Both the position numbers and the translations under genes were made by a program. From Candidatus Hodarchaeota archaeon (lineage in GTDB: Archaea; Asgardarchaeota; Lokiarchaeia; Sigyniarchaeales; SOKP01): a DNA stretch of 64,000 nt. Location of the stretch: contig JBHLJY010000011.1 in assembly GCA_048887225.1 (NCBI GenBank), forward strand, positions 1-64,000, written 5' to 3'. The notes beneath the pieces are model-generated. The model did no database searches. It saw only the letters and a program-made list of their open reading frames with translations, and was not told where the DNA came from. This document shows, piece after piece, positions 41,301-51,399 of the stretch (its first letter is position 1; every line of letters starts with the position of its first letter).

Positions 41301-42041
41301 CTATTCAACTCTCTTAATTAATCTTACTCCTTCTTCAATGAAACCTTTATCTCTTCTTTTTTGAACTCTTTGTAATAAAATAAGGGGATTTTCTTTAAAT
41401 CCTTTTTTTGCCTCGCTTAATGGAATTTCTAATAATGAATTACATATACTTATCAAAGCTCTTGGATGTCTAAAATCATATAAATCTTCAAAATTTCCAT
41501 TTATGATATAATTTGCTTTTAAATTTCTAATTAATCTTAAAAAACGATACAAGTTTCTGAAATTTTTTGATTGAATTGACTTATTTGTTAGCATGATTGG
41601 TGATAAAGAAAATTCTATAAACGTTTTATTTTGTTTTGCTAAAGAAATTACTCCTGGAGTTAATGTTTTTATTATCTTTTGATCTGAAAAAGAGATAAGA
41701 TCCACTCTAGAATCCCTTGCAGCATAAAGTTGAGTTTCTTTATCTGGTGTTTCAATAGAAAGAAGATCTGTAAAATTGTTATATTCCTTAATTATGTTCT
41801 TAAGTTCATTTAAACCTGAAGGTTTTAAAGTAATACGATAATATAAATTAATTTTCGTTAAATTCTCAATTTTCTTTTTTAAATCTAATGATATTCTTCT
41901 AATATCATTTTTTGGTTCTAAAATCAAATTTTTAACTCCTAATCTCTCATAAAAATCCAATTTTTTTTTAACTTCGTTGATATTGTCGAAATTTACTCTT
42001 AACCTAGATTCAAAATAAGACAAAAAATTGGAGACCTCCAA
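41301..42041 (-). CDS. rnp3: RNase P protein Rpp30
   Basis: AARDSRVDLIS, LAKQNKTFIEF, YDFRHPR; adjacent to rnp2. Confidence 0.85.
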   Translation of the reverse strand: MEVSNFLSYFESRLRVNFDNINEVKKKLDFYERLGVKNLILEPKNDIRRISLDLKKKIENLTKINLYYRITLKPSGLNELKNIIKEYNNFTDLLSIETPDKETQLYAARDSRVDLISFSDQKIIKTLTPGVISLAKQNKTFIEFSLSPIMLTNKSIQSKNFRNLYRFLRLIRNLKANYIINGNFEDLYDFRHPRALISICNSLLEIPLSEAKKGFKENPLILLQRVQKRRDKGFIEEGVRLIKRVE

Positions 42042-42150
42042 TAAAATGCATGTTCTTTAATCTAATTCTTTAAGATTTGTAAGTATAAATATTATAAAAA
42101 AATTTTAGTATAATTAAATATTTAGAATGATATTATTTTGTAAAAATTGA

Positions 42151-43449
42151 GTGTTTTTTGTGGCAAAGAAAAGAACATTATCAGAAATAAATGAAAAAAT
42201 TAAGAAAGGTACTGCGATTATATTAACTGTTCAAGACTTAATAGATCATATAAATGATGGTGAAAAAGTTCATTTTGATGATGTTGATGTTGTTACAACT
42301 GCTACTAAAGGACTTATGAGTGGAATTATGGGAATCTTCTCATTCCGACTATCGCCACCAAAAACATTAAGAAAATTCACTGAAGTAAGTATAAATGGAA
42401 TTCCGACATTTCCTGGACCGTGCCCAAATGAATATTTGGGCATAGTAGATTTAATAATCTATGGAACTGCGCAAAGTAAAACAAGAAAAAATTATTGTGG
42501 TGGTTCTCTTTTTAGAGATTTTGTAGAAGGAAAGCCTATAGAAATCTCTGCTGAAAGTAGTGAAGGCGAAAATATTATTAAAAACTTGACTTTAGACGAT
42601 ATGCAATTTGCTAAATTAATGGGAACAAGACAAGCTATTAAAAATTACAATGCAATGATTAATTGTGAATCTTATAAGGTCGATACTATCTTCTCTTGCC
42701 TCCCTTTTGAAGCAAATAAGACTGAAATCACCTTTTCGGGATGTGGTGCGTTGAACCCTTTCCAAAATGATCCAGAATTCTTAACTTATGGTGTTGGGTC
42801 CCCTATCTTAGTAAACGGAAGTATAGGATATTTAATTGGCCCTGGAACCCGTAATTACATAGTTAAACCCAATATGATGACGATTGCTCCGATGAGTGAA
42901 ATGAAACCAGAATATATGGGCGCTTTTAAGACATCTTACGGACTAGAACCGATTTGTAGTTTAGCAATCCCAATTCCAATTTTAAATGAAAATATCTTTG
43001 ATAATATAGTTAAATCAGATAAAGATGTGCCTTTAACTATTTTAAGTCTAGTAGGTCGCGAAAAAGTAGGGGAGGCCACTTATGCTGATGTTTGGGATAA
43101 AAATTTTTATATGCAGTTTAATCCTGAGGAATGTAAAAGTTGTATTAAGTGCGATATTATTGACATATGCCCAACAAACGCTTTCATAATAAAAGAGAAT
43201 TGGATAACAGCAATAGATCGCTCACGATGTTTTAATTGCGGGAATTGCACAAATTTATGTCCGAAAGCATTTAAACTTGATTTAAAGACCATTAATTTTG
43301 AAGGACATGAAATTCCTGTTGTATTACGACAGTCAGACAGATATGGAGCAATTAAATTGGCAGAAGAATTAAAATCTTTAATTGTAAAAGGAGTTTTTCC
43401 TTTAATTAAACCAACAGGCAAGTTAGATTTCGCACAAATAGTTAAATAA
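42151..43449 (+). CDS. DUF39 / methanogenesis marker 16-type metalloprotein with C-terminal ferredoxin
   Basis: VDVVTTAT, GPCPNE.LG, FSGCGALNP.QNDP, two CxxCxxC...CP motifs. Confidence 0.85.
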   Translation: MFFVAKKRTLSEINEKIKKGTAIILTVQDLIDHINDGEKVHFDDVDVVTTATKGLMSGIMGIFSFRLSPPKTLRKFTEVSINGIPTFPGPCPNEYLGIVDLIIYGTAQSKTRKNYCGGSLFRDFVEGKPIEISAESSEGENIIKNLTLDDMQFAKLMGTRQAIKNYNAMINCESYKVDTIFSCLPFEANKTEITFSGCGALNPFQNDPEFLTYGVGSPILVNGSIGYLIGPGTRNYIVKPNMMTIAPMSEMKPEYMGAFKTSYGLEPICSLAIPIPILNENIFDNIVKSDKDVPLTILSLVGREKVGEATYADVWDKNFYMQFNPEECKSCIKCDIIDICPTNAFIIKENWITAIDRSRCFNCGNCTNLCPKAFKLDLKTINFEGHEIPVVLRQSDRYGAIKLAEELKSLIVKGVFPLIKPTGKLDFAQIVK

Positions 43450-43467
43450 TAAACTCCCTGATTTACT

Positions 43468-43911
43468 ATGTCAGAAATAAAATTAGAAAAATTTGATCAG
43501 ATTGGCATCGTAGTGAGAGATATTGATAAATCAAAAAAAATGCTAGAGACTTTTTTAGATTTTAAAAAAAACTTAAATATAGTGGAACAAAGTTCGACAG
43601 TAATATACCACGATAAAGAAGTAACGTTTAAAATGAAGAAGATTATGCAAACTTTTGGAGGTAAACAATTTGAGATATGTCAGGTAATAGAATCCACAGG
43701 AGATCATCTATATTTAGAATTCCTTAAAGAAGGAAAAGAAGGATTGCATCACTTGGGGATTTATACGAAAGATGCAGATAAATTAATAGAACATTATAAA
43801 AAAGAATATTATATAGATGTAATACAAACCGGCACAGTTGGGAAGGTTAATTTTTATTATCTTGATACAAAAGATTCTCTAGGATTTTATATCGAATTAA
43901 TTGCTTTTTAA
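43468..43911 (+). CDS. VOC family (methylmalonyl-CoA epimerase-like) protein
   Basis: QIGIVVRDI, EGLHHLG, YLDT..LGFYIEL. Confidence 0.85.
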   Translation: MSEIKLEKFDQIGIVVRDIDKSKKMLETFLDFKKNLNIVEQSSTVIYHDKEVTFKMKKIMQTFGGKQFEICQVIESTGDHLYLEFLKEGKEGLHHLGIYTKDADKLIEHYKKEYYIDVIQTGTVGKVNFYYLDTKDSLGFYIELIAF

Positions 43912-43998
43912 TATGATACCAATTCATCTCATTGATTATTCTTGTTATTATTTCTCATAGTGAAAAAGTTTATTTTTAAATTTTTATAAATCTTTTAT

Positions 43999-45732
43999 AT
44001 GGCTGAAGAAACTTTAGATGGTGGAGATTTATTAGTTAAATGCCTTTTAAAAGAGGGCGTTAAAAAAATTTTCGGAATTGTTGGTGGCGAATTATTAAGA
44101 ATTTACGATGCTATAGAAAGATATGGTCGCAAAGAAGGGATCGATACCGTAATGGTGCGACATGAACAAGCAGCAGGTCACGCAGCTGATGCATGGGCTC
44201 GAGCAACTGGCGAAATTGGGGTCTGTATGGGAACAGCAGGTCCAGGAGTCACGCATTTAGTTCCGGCAATTGCTGCAGCTAACGCAGATTCCATTCCTAT
44301 GTTGGTTATAGGCGCACAAATAGCTAGAATGTTTGATGATACTGGTATACTTCAAGGAGGTTTAGATCAGCTAAAATTAATGGAACCTATAACGAAATTA
44401 CAAGTTTCTGTAGAAGATCCTTATGAGATTCCTCATGCTGTTCAGAGATCAATTAAAACTGCGATGTCTGGAAGACAAGGGCCTGTATTTCTTGAATTGA
44501 GGGAAACTGCTTTAGTAAGAAAAGCAAAAAATGAAGATATTAAAAAGATTTTAGAACCTGAAAAATACAGACCAGTTTATAGACCTATAGGTAATCCCAA
44601 TGTAATAAAAGCTGCTGTCGAGATTTTAAAAACTTCACTAAAACCTTTAATTGTTGCCGGTGGTGGCGTGAATGCATCAGGAGCTTTTGAAGAATTGAAA
44701 AGAATATCAGGAACTTATAATATTCCAGCTGGAACAACTTTTAACGGTATAGGAGGAATTACAACAAATAAAACTTTTGTAGGAGCAAAATTGACTGCTA
44801 ATGCTTACAGAAGGGCAGCAATTGAAGCAGACGTTGTCATATCAGTCGGTTGTAAATGGGATTATACAATACTTTATGGAGCATCTCCATTGTGGAATCA
44901 AGATCAAAAAATTATTCAAATTGATATTGATCCTAAAGAAATTGGTAAAAATAGACCTGTAGAGGTTGGAATTACTGGTGATGCAAAAGCGGTGATTAAT
45001 CAACTCTTAATTGAAATGGAGAAGAACCTTCCTAAAGAAAAAATAACTGAGTGGTCTGAATGGAACAATTATTTACAAGATATTAGAAAAAATGATAGAG
45101 ATTTTATAGATAAAGTATTAAAATATGACAAATTACCTATGAAACCTCATAGACTAGCATATGAAGTACTAGACTTTATACCTGATGATGCTCAATTAGT
45201 TCTTGATGGCGGGGATATATTTGTTTTTACAATGGACTTAGTTAGCCTTAAGCCTCGTGCACCAAGAAGTACTTTTTATCCGGTTTCAATGGGACATTTA
45301 GGAACCGGAATACCTCACGCAATTGGAGTCCAAATGGCAAAACCAGATAAAAAAGTTATTTGTATTACGGGGGATGGAAGTTTTATGTTTAATGTACAAG
45401 AATTAGAAACAGCCGTAAGGCTTAATCTACCTATTATTATCATAATTGGGAATAATTGCGCTTGGGGTATGATTAAAAGTAATCAAAAAAATAATTTTGA
45501 AAAAAGATATTGCGATGTTGATTTTCCTCCGATTAATTATGCTGAAATTGCAAAAGGTTTTGGATGTTTTGCAGAAAAAATTGAACGACCTGAAGATATT
45601 AAACCCGCTCTTAAACAAGCTTTTGGATCCGATAAACCAGCAGTCATTGATGTAGACATTGCATTTGAAACACCTCCAGCAATGAAGTTAATTGGTTTAT
45701 ATAAAAAAAGTAAAGGCCTTTTTGGAAAATAA
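43999..45732 (+). CDS. Thiamine-diphosphate enzyme (acetolactate synthase / hydroxyacyl-CoA lyase-like)
   Basis: RHEQAAGHAADAWAR, GPGVTH, GDGSF...NN. Confidence 0.9.
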   Translation: MAEETLDGGDLLVKCLLKEGVKKIFGIVGGELLRIYDAIERYGRKEGIDTVMVRHEQAAGHAADAWARATGEIGVCMGTAGPGVTHLVPAIAAANADSIPMLVIGAQIARMFDDTGILQGGLDQLKLMEPITKLQVSVEDPYEIPHAVQRSIKTAMSGRQGPVFLELRETALVRKAKNEDIKKILEPEKYRPVYRPIGNPNVIKAAVEILKTSLKPLIVAGGGVNASGAFEELKRISGTYNIPAGTTFNGIGGITTNKTFVGAKLTANAYRRAAIEADVVISVGCKWDYTILYGASPLWNQDQKIIQIDIDPKEIGKNRPVEVGITGDAKAVINQLLIEMEKNLPKEKITEWSEWNNYLQDIRKNDRDFIDKVLKYDKLPMKPHRLAYEVLDFIPDDAQLVLDGGDIFVFTMDLVSLKPRAPRSTFYPVSMGHLGTGIPHAIGVQMAKPDKKVICITGDGSFMFNVQELETAVRLNLPIIIIIGNNCAWGMIKSNQKNNFEKRYCDVDFPPINYAEIAKGFGCFAEKIERPEDIKPALKQAFGSDKPAVIDVDIAFETPPAMKLIGLYKKSKGLFGK

Positions 45733-45785
45733 ATAATAAAAAATTAATTTAATTTTTTAACTTAAATTTTGTTAATAGGATAAAT

Positions 45786-46589
45786 ATGATAGATAACAAA
45801 TTTTTAGAAGGAAAAGTAGCTTTAATTACTGGAGCTGGAAGTGGTTTCGGACGAGAAATGGCAAAAACATTCGCTAAAAGAGGTGCAAATTTGGTAATAA
45901 ATGATATTAATATTGATGGTTTAGAACAAACCCGTGATATTATTCTGAAAGATCATAAAATTGAAATTCTTTTAGCTAAAGCAGATATTTCTAATTCAAA
46001 TGAAGTAAATAACATGGCTAAAAAAGTTTCTGATAAATTTGATAATATATTTTTATTAGTAAATAATGCGGGAATAGATGGAGGATTATATGCCTCTTTG
46101 AAAGCTAAGGAACAAATATATGATAAAGTTATGGCAGTAAATGTAAAAGGCGCGTGGAATGTCACAAAAGCATTTTTCAGACAGATGAAAAGACAAAGGC
46201 AATTCGAACCAATCAGAGGAAAGATTATAAATATAGCATCATGTGCAGGAACGAATAACGGTATTAATCCTTATATTGGTGTTTATAGTGCAAGCAAGGC
46301 CGCTCTCATTGCTTTCACAAAATTATGGGCCCTAGAGCTAGGACCAAGCAATATTACAGTGAATGCTATATCTCCAGGTGTATTTTTGACTCCAATATAT
46401 AAAAATGATCGAAAACTTATTAGACAATTTTTAGATACAAGAGGTGTTAAACTTCCTATAAACAAGATAGGGGAAGCAAAATGGGTTGCTGATTTAGCAT
46501 TATTCCTTGCTTCACCTGCTGCAAATTACATTACTGGTCAAAATTTGATTTTGGACGGAGGTATGACAATTTCTATAAATAAACTCTAA
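45786..46589 (+). CDS. SDR oxidoreductase
   Basis: TGAGSGFG, VNNAG, YSASK, NAISPG. Confidence 0.92.
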   Translation: MIDNKFLEGKVALITGAGSGFGREMAKTFAKRGANLVINDINIDGLEQTRDIILKDHKIEILLAKADISNSNEVNNMAKKVSDKFDNIFLLVNNAGIDGGLYASLKAKEQIYDKVMAVNVKGAWNVTKAFFRQMKRQRQFEPIRGKIINIASCAGTNNGINPYIGVYSASKAALIAFTKLWALELGPSNITVNAISPGVFLTPIYKNDRKLIRQFLDTRGVKLPINKIGEAKWVADLALFLASPAANYITGQNLILDGGMTISINKL

Positions 46590-46641
46590 AAAAATTTTTT
46601 TTAATATATTAAATACTTCTTTTAAAACTCAACTTTAAAAT

Positions 46642-48090
46642 CTATTCCTTGTTCACATTATTTAATGAGGCTTTCAGCACGCTTTCGAATTTATCACAGA
46701 TATAATCTGCATCTTCCTCTGTTATATTAAGTGGAGGTTTTATTTTGATTAAATTTCGCATTAATAATTTTCCAGTTCCGCTTAAATATGGCATACTAGG
46801 TCCAAAAAATATGTTTTGTTTAACGCCTTCCAAGAGCATATCTTCCATCAGTTCAGTAAAGGGCTCTCTTGATTTTTGATCTTTTACCAACTCAATTCCA
46901 ATAAACAATCCTGGACCCCGTATATCACCCATAACTTCGTATTTTTCTTGAAGCTCTAGTAGTCTATTTGTTATTTGTTTGCCCTTGATTTCGCATTTTT
47001 CTCCTATTTTTGCCCTTTCGATAACTTTAAAAGTAGCAAGTCCAGCTGTACAACCTATTGGCGTGCTAGAGAATGTTGTGTGATCCTCTGCTGGAGTAAA
47101 TCTTTTTTTGATTTTTGTAGTAGCAACCATTGCCCCTAACGGGAAGCCTCCTCCAACGGCTTTCGTGAAACACATCATATCAGGAGATACATCTATTCCC
47201 AATTCTTTCTCATATTTTTCTGTAAGAGTGAAATACTTTCCAGTTCTCCACACCGCTGTTTGAGATTCGTCATATATAACGAAAATTTTTTCTTGCTCGC
47301 AGATCTCTCTTAATTTTATAAGGAACTTGGGTGGAAAAGGAATATGCCCCCCCGCAGCCTGCCAAGGTTCTAAAATCACTCCAGCAAGTTGTCTCGAGGT
47401 TAAACCCATTAAATATTTCTCAACTAAATCGAAACACTCCAAATTACATTGAGGATCCTTTTTACCATATAAACCATTTTTATACTTCCATAAGCATCGA
47501 TAACAATAAGGTTGTGGGACCCTTGTAAAAAAATCAATCCCAAATGTTCTAAACCTCGTTATACTATGAATAGGGTGACTAGCGGATAAGGTTGATAATG
47601 TGTTTCCATGGTATCCTCCCCTAAATACTAAAAAATGATCCCCGCCTTTCGATGCAATCATTGCAAGCTTTATAGCAGCTTCAATTGCCAAACTGCCGCC
47701 TTCATTATTAATATGAACTCTCCCTCCTTTCAATCTACCGGGGGATAATTCAGCTATTTTATTAACAAATTTAGCGCGAGCAGGAGATATAACACTGGAT
47801 TTTGTGTGAGTCAGTCTTTTCATTTGTTCAGCAACAGCATAGTTTACATCAGAATTGGCAAAACCTAGGGCTAAAGTCCAATTCTGTGAGGTGCAATCTA
47901 AAATTTCGGTTTTTTCTCCAGTTTTAAAATCTTTTGCAATAACCCATGCAGATCCCGGTTCTTTAGCTTCAATTAAAACCTTGGGTTCATAATAGACATT
48001 TAAACAATGATTCTCAAACAATAACAGTTCTTCTGAATTTATATCTGCTGAAATTCTGCTCAATTCATCTTTTAACTCAAAATCAGCCAT
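46642..48090 (-). CDS. Class III PLP aminotransferase
   Basis: GGYHGNT, EPWQAAGG, DESQT, PDMMCFTKAVGGGFPLG, RGPGL. Confidence 0.92.
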   Translation of the reverse strand: MADFELKDELSRISADINSEELLLFENHCLNVYYEPKVLIEAKEPGSAWVIAKDFKTGEKTEILDCTSQNWTLALGFANSDVNYAVAEQMKRLTHTKSSVISPARAKFVNKIAELSPGRLKGGRVHINNEGGSLAIEAAIKLAMIASKGGDHFLVFRGGYHGNTLSTLSASHPIHSITRFRTFGIDFFTRVPQPYCYRCLWKYKNGLYGKKDPQCNLECFDLVEKYLMGLTSRQLAGVILEPWQAAGGHIPFPPKFLIKLREICEQEKIFVIYDESQTAVWRTGKYFTLTEKYEKELGIDVSPDMMCFTKAVGGGFPLGAMVATTKIKKRFTPAEDHTTFSSTPIGCTAGLATFKVIERAKIGEKCEIKGKQITNRLLELQEKYEVMGDIRGPGLFIGIELVKDQKSREPFTELMEDMLLEGVKQNIFFGPSMPYLSGTGKLLMRNLIKIKPPLNITEEDADYICDKFESVLKASLNNVNKE

Positions 48091-48175
48091 TTTAATTTCC
48101 CATATAAAATTTTTACATTAACTTAATATTAGATAGATTTTATTCTTTGATATTTATTTAAACCATTTATTTTAA

Positions 48176-48682
48176 CTAGAATTCCATTAAATTACTGTAA
48201 TATCTTTCATTTTCATGACTAACCTCCTTTAATGTAATGAAACCATTAGCAATCCAGAAGTAATGTGCCGTTAAATTTTTAATTAGTGAATTTGCCATGA
48301 TGGAAGAATGCGTTCCTTGTTCTTTGCAGAAACCTATTATAAAATCTAACAGACTTTTACCATGCCCAAGACGTCTAAATTTAGATTTGATATAAAATTC
48401 TGCAATGCTATAATATTTTTCCCTTGCTCTCAGTAAACAAAATCCAATCAACTCATTGTTAATATATGCTACAAAAGGAAACCTATCTGATTCAGTCCAA
48501 TAATGATCAAAGTATTTATCTGATGTTATTTCTCCCGTTTGATTTTCTTGAAATTGCTCAAGTTCTTTAGAATATATTAATAATGCTTTATAAATTTCAT
48601 TTTTGTCTTCGATCGAAGCCGAAAGAATTTTCAGAGACATTTTATATTCAAGATTTATGCCCTTTTTTAATTCTAATAACAT
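48176..48682 (-). CDS. GNAT acetyltransferase
   Basis: IAEFYI..FRRLGHG, N..A..FW. Confidence 0.85.
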   Translation of the reverse strand: MLLELKKGINLEYKMSLKILSASIEDKNEIYKALLIYSKELEQFQENQTGEITSDKYFDHYWTESDRFPFVAYINNELIGFCLLRAREKYYSIAEFYIKSKFRRLGHGKSLLDFIIGFCKEQGTHSSIMANSLIKNLTAHYFWIANGFITLKEVSHENERYYSNLMEF

Positions 48683-48822
48683 TTAAACTGTTTATATTAA
48701 ATAAATATTTGATAAATTTTATTCTCTAATATTTATTAGAAATACTCTAAATTATAATAACCATGAATGAAAAATTTAGCATTAATACCAAGCTATTTAG
48801 GGAAATAATGTAAAAATTAGAT

Positions 48823-49407
48823 TTATTTTCTATGACTTTTTTTTGCGCGAATGCTGGGGCGTGTTTTTTCAGAACCCCATCCTTTCTTTCTTAAACCCCT
48901 TGCTCTCTTTCCCGCAGATGTTAAGCCTCTAGTTACTCTCTTTTTATGAGCAGATTCACAAATCCAATTTATTTTAGGATCTGATTTAATTACAGGGTGG
49001 CTTGGATCAACTAAAATTACCTCATAATACCAATTTTTTCCGTCTGAATATATTTTATAGGAATTTAATACTTGCATATTTGGATATTTTCTCTGGACTC
49101 GCTCTTCTGCAACCCATTGCAAGTTTTTACCTGTAGTATATTTTGAAACTCCCATTGCTCGTGGTTTTCTCCCACGTTTTGGTCTTGTTTTATGCATTCC
49201 ACCTTTTCTAATCCTTGCTCTTACAATAACATATCCTTGTTTTGCTTTATATCCCAATGAACGTGCTCGATGAATTTTTGTTGGCTTATCAATTCTTTGA
49301 ATAGATTTACCTCTTCGATATTCAATTCCTCGATACCAATGGGGTGTCTGAAAGCCTTTCTCATGTTTTTCAAATGTTTCTTTTACATGATTATATCCAG
49401 ACTTCAA
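48823..49407 (-). CDS. rpl15e: 50S ribosomal protein L15e
   Basis: [32 protein letters not shown]. Confidence 0.97.
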   Translation of the reverse strand: MKSGYNHVKETFEKHEKGFQTPHWYRGIEYRRGKSIQRIDKPTKIHRARSLGYKAKQGYVIVRARIRKGGMHKTRPKRGRKPRAMGVSKYTTGKNLQWVAEERVQRKYPNMQVLNSYKIYSDGKNWYYEVILVDPSHPVIKSDPKINWICESAHKKRVTRGLTSAGKRARGLRKKGWGSEKTRPSIRAKKSHRK

Positions 49408-49484
49408 TTTATATTAGCACACTCGTGAATTTATATTAATTAAAAATAAGCATATATTATTATTTTTATTATTATTGAGACAGA

Positions 49485-50408
49485 TTATAACTCCTTAAAA
49501 TAATTAATAATTTTATATGAGATCATTACACTCGCTAGCAATTGAGTCTCCTCAGTTTGACTTCCAATATGGGGAGTAAGTATTAAATTTTCTTTACACT
49601 TCCATAATTTCTCGTCCCTTAATGGCTCCTCTCTGTAAACATCGAGGGCCGCGCCACCAATATCTTTATTCTTTAGTGCCCTAATTAAGGCTTCTTCATC
49701 AATTAGATTTCCTCTAGCAGTATTTATTATTAATGTGTTTTTATTCATCAATTTTAACCTTCTCTCATCAATAGTATTTTCTGTTTCTACTGTCGCAGGG
49801 ATATGCAATGAGACGATTTGGGCATTTTGTATTAATTCGTCTACAGAATGATACACTACGTATCCTAAGTCTTGAGCTTTTTTCTTAGCATTCTGATCGA
49901 CATCATAGATCCCAATTTCCATTTCAAATCCAGAACATCTTTTAGCAACCGCTTGGCCAATATTGCCGAATCCTATTAATCCTATTTTTTTTCCTTTTAA
50001 TATATTACCCATATAACTACTTTTTAACCATTCGCCACGATGCATACTTTCGTCCGCTTTTGAAATGTATCTAATTAGATTTAATAATAGTCCTATTGTA
50101 AGTTCCGCTACAGAAATAGAAGGAGCTTCTGGTGTATTTAATATTTTAATGTTTAATTCTTTTGCTTTTTTTAGGTTAATATTGTCAAGACCAACACCAG
50201 CTCTTCCAATTACTTTTAAATTTTTTGCGTTTTCTAAAACATCCGCCGTTAATTTTGTTCTTGAACGTATAACTATGGCATCATAGTTCTCAATTTCTTT
50301 TATCAAATCTTCGTGACTAATAGAAAAATTCTTTACAACTTCAAACCCGCTATCTTGAAATATTTTAATCCCTTCCTCGTGAAGCCGATCTGAAATTAAT
50401 ACCTTCAT
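49485..50408 (-). CDS. D-2-hydroxyacid dehydrogenase (short SerA-like)
   Basis: RAGVGLDNI, GFGNIG, INTARG, ALDVY..EP, TPHIG. Confidence 0.9.
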   Translation of the reverse strand: MKVLISDRLHEEGIKIFQDSGFEVVKNFSISHEDLIKEIENYDAIVIRSRTKLTADVLENAKNLKVIGRAGVGLDNINLKKAKELNIKILNTPEAPSISVAELTIGLLLNLIRYISKADESMHRGEWLKSSYMGNILKGKKIGLIGFGNIGQAVAKRCSGFEMEIGIYDVDQNAKKKAQDLGYVVYHSVDELIQNAQIVSLHIPATVETENTIDERRLKLMNKNTLIINTARGNLIDEEALIRALKNKDIGGAALDVYREEPLRDEKLWKCKENLILTPHIGSQTEETQLLASVMISYKIINYFKEL

Positions 50409-50501
50409 TTAATCCAATAAGAAATAATTTTATAATTGTAATTAAATTATTTAAATCTGTAAATTAATTTAAAGATTTATTTGCTATTTGATGTTTAATT
50501 A

Positions 50502-50960
50502 TTGATGAAAAATAATAAAAAGGATAAAATTCCTTCCGGAAAAGATGAAATTGAAGACAAAGAAGGATTAAATGTCTGTTACGATAAAAAAGAACTTAAT
50601 GAATTTTTACCTCATTTAATGACAGAAATCTCTAACAAAAAGCAATCAATGAAAATTAATTCAATTAGTAATGATAATGAGGAAAAAATCCAAAATCAAT
50701 ATGAGTGTCTTCCAAATGAGTTAATTAATCCTGGAGCAATTGATTTTATTAGAAGATGTACTAAGAATGAAGAGGCTTTCGAAATATTAGATTATTTATT
50801 GGAAAGAAATGAGTTAACTCGTGAAGAGTATAATTTATATAAAAAACAAATTATGAAGAAGGGGGGTTTAAAAACCCTTATTAAAGAGAGTGGTGGTCTA
50901 AAGCGTCCGGGATATTATTTAAATAAATATTATAAAAAAGATAGTAAAAATCAAAATTAA
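50502..50960 (+). CDS. DUF2095 family protein
   Basis: LPHLMTEI, NPGAIDFIRRC..EEA.EILDYL, KRPGYY. Confidence 0.75.
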   Translation: MMKNNKKDKIPSGKDEIEDKEGLNVCYDKKELNEFLPHLMTEISNKKQSMKINSISNDNEEKIQNQYECLPNELINPGAIDFIRRCTKNEEAFEILDYLLERNELTREEYNLYKKQIMKKGGLKTLIKESGGLKRPGYYLNKYYKKDSKNQN

Positions 50961-50987
50961 AAAGCAACAAATACTAATTTAAATTAG

Positions 50988-51071
50988 ATTTATATTGATG
51001 ATGAACTCTATGACAAATAGAGCTGCTCGCTCGGCAGCGAGGAACCTGTCGCCCCAATCTGAAATATAAAT
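50988..51071 (+). ncRNA. Box C/D methylation guide RNA, predicted target LSU rRNA G2251 (E. coli numbering)
   Basis: Box C ATGATGA (50998-51004), box D CTGA (51059-51062), 9-bp terminal stem ATTTATATT/AATATAAAT, guide TGTCGCCCCA complementary to P-loop UGGGGCGGCA. Confidence 0.85.
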
Positions 51072-51088
51072 TTCTTTCTAATTAACAG

Positions 51089-51358
51089 TCACGTTTTATT
51101 TTCTATTTCTTTTTTAAAATTTAATCCTCTTTCTGTTAGAAAATATTCGTTATTATTTTTATAAATTAAATTTAAATCAAGTAATACAGGGATCCTTCCT
51201 TTAATACACGATAACGAACACCCTGTAAATAGTTTTATAATTTTAAAATTCTTTGCACCTCGATCAATTGCCAGCAGAATCTCAATTCCCATATCTCCTA
51301 ATAAATATTTCAAATCGTCTACAGATTCATTCTCAAAAAATTTATCGTCTTTAGGCAT
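51089..51358 (-). CDS. Small winged-helix protein
   Basis: IEILLAI..IKLFTG..L.DLNLI..YFLTERG. Confidence 0.65.
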   Translation of the reverse strand: MPKDDKFFENESVDDLKYLLGDMGIEILLAIDRGAKNFKIIKLFTGCSLSCIKGRIPVLLDLNLIYKNNNEYFLTERGLNFKKEIENKT

Positions 51359-51399
51359 TGCAAATCAAAAATTTAAAATCAGTTATCATTTTTTTTCAG

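Noticed and set aside
42151-43449. Evidence of methanogenesis from the marker-16-like gene
   Set aside because: DUF39-family genes are not exclusive to methanogens and no mcr or mtr genes are present in this window
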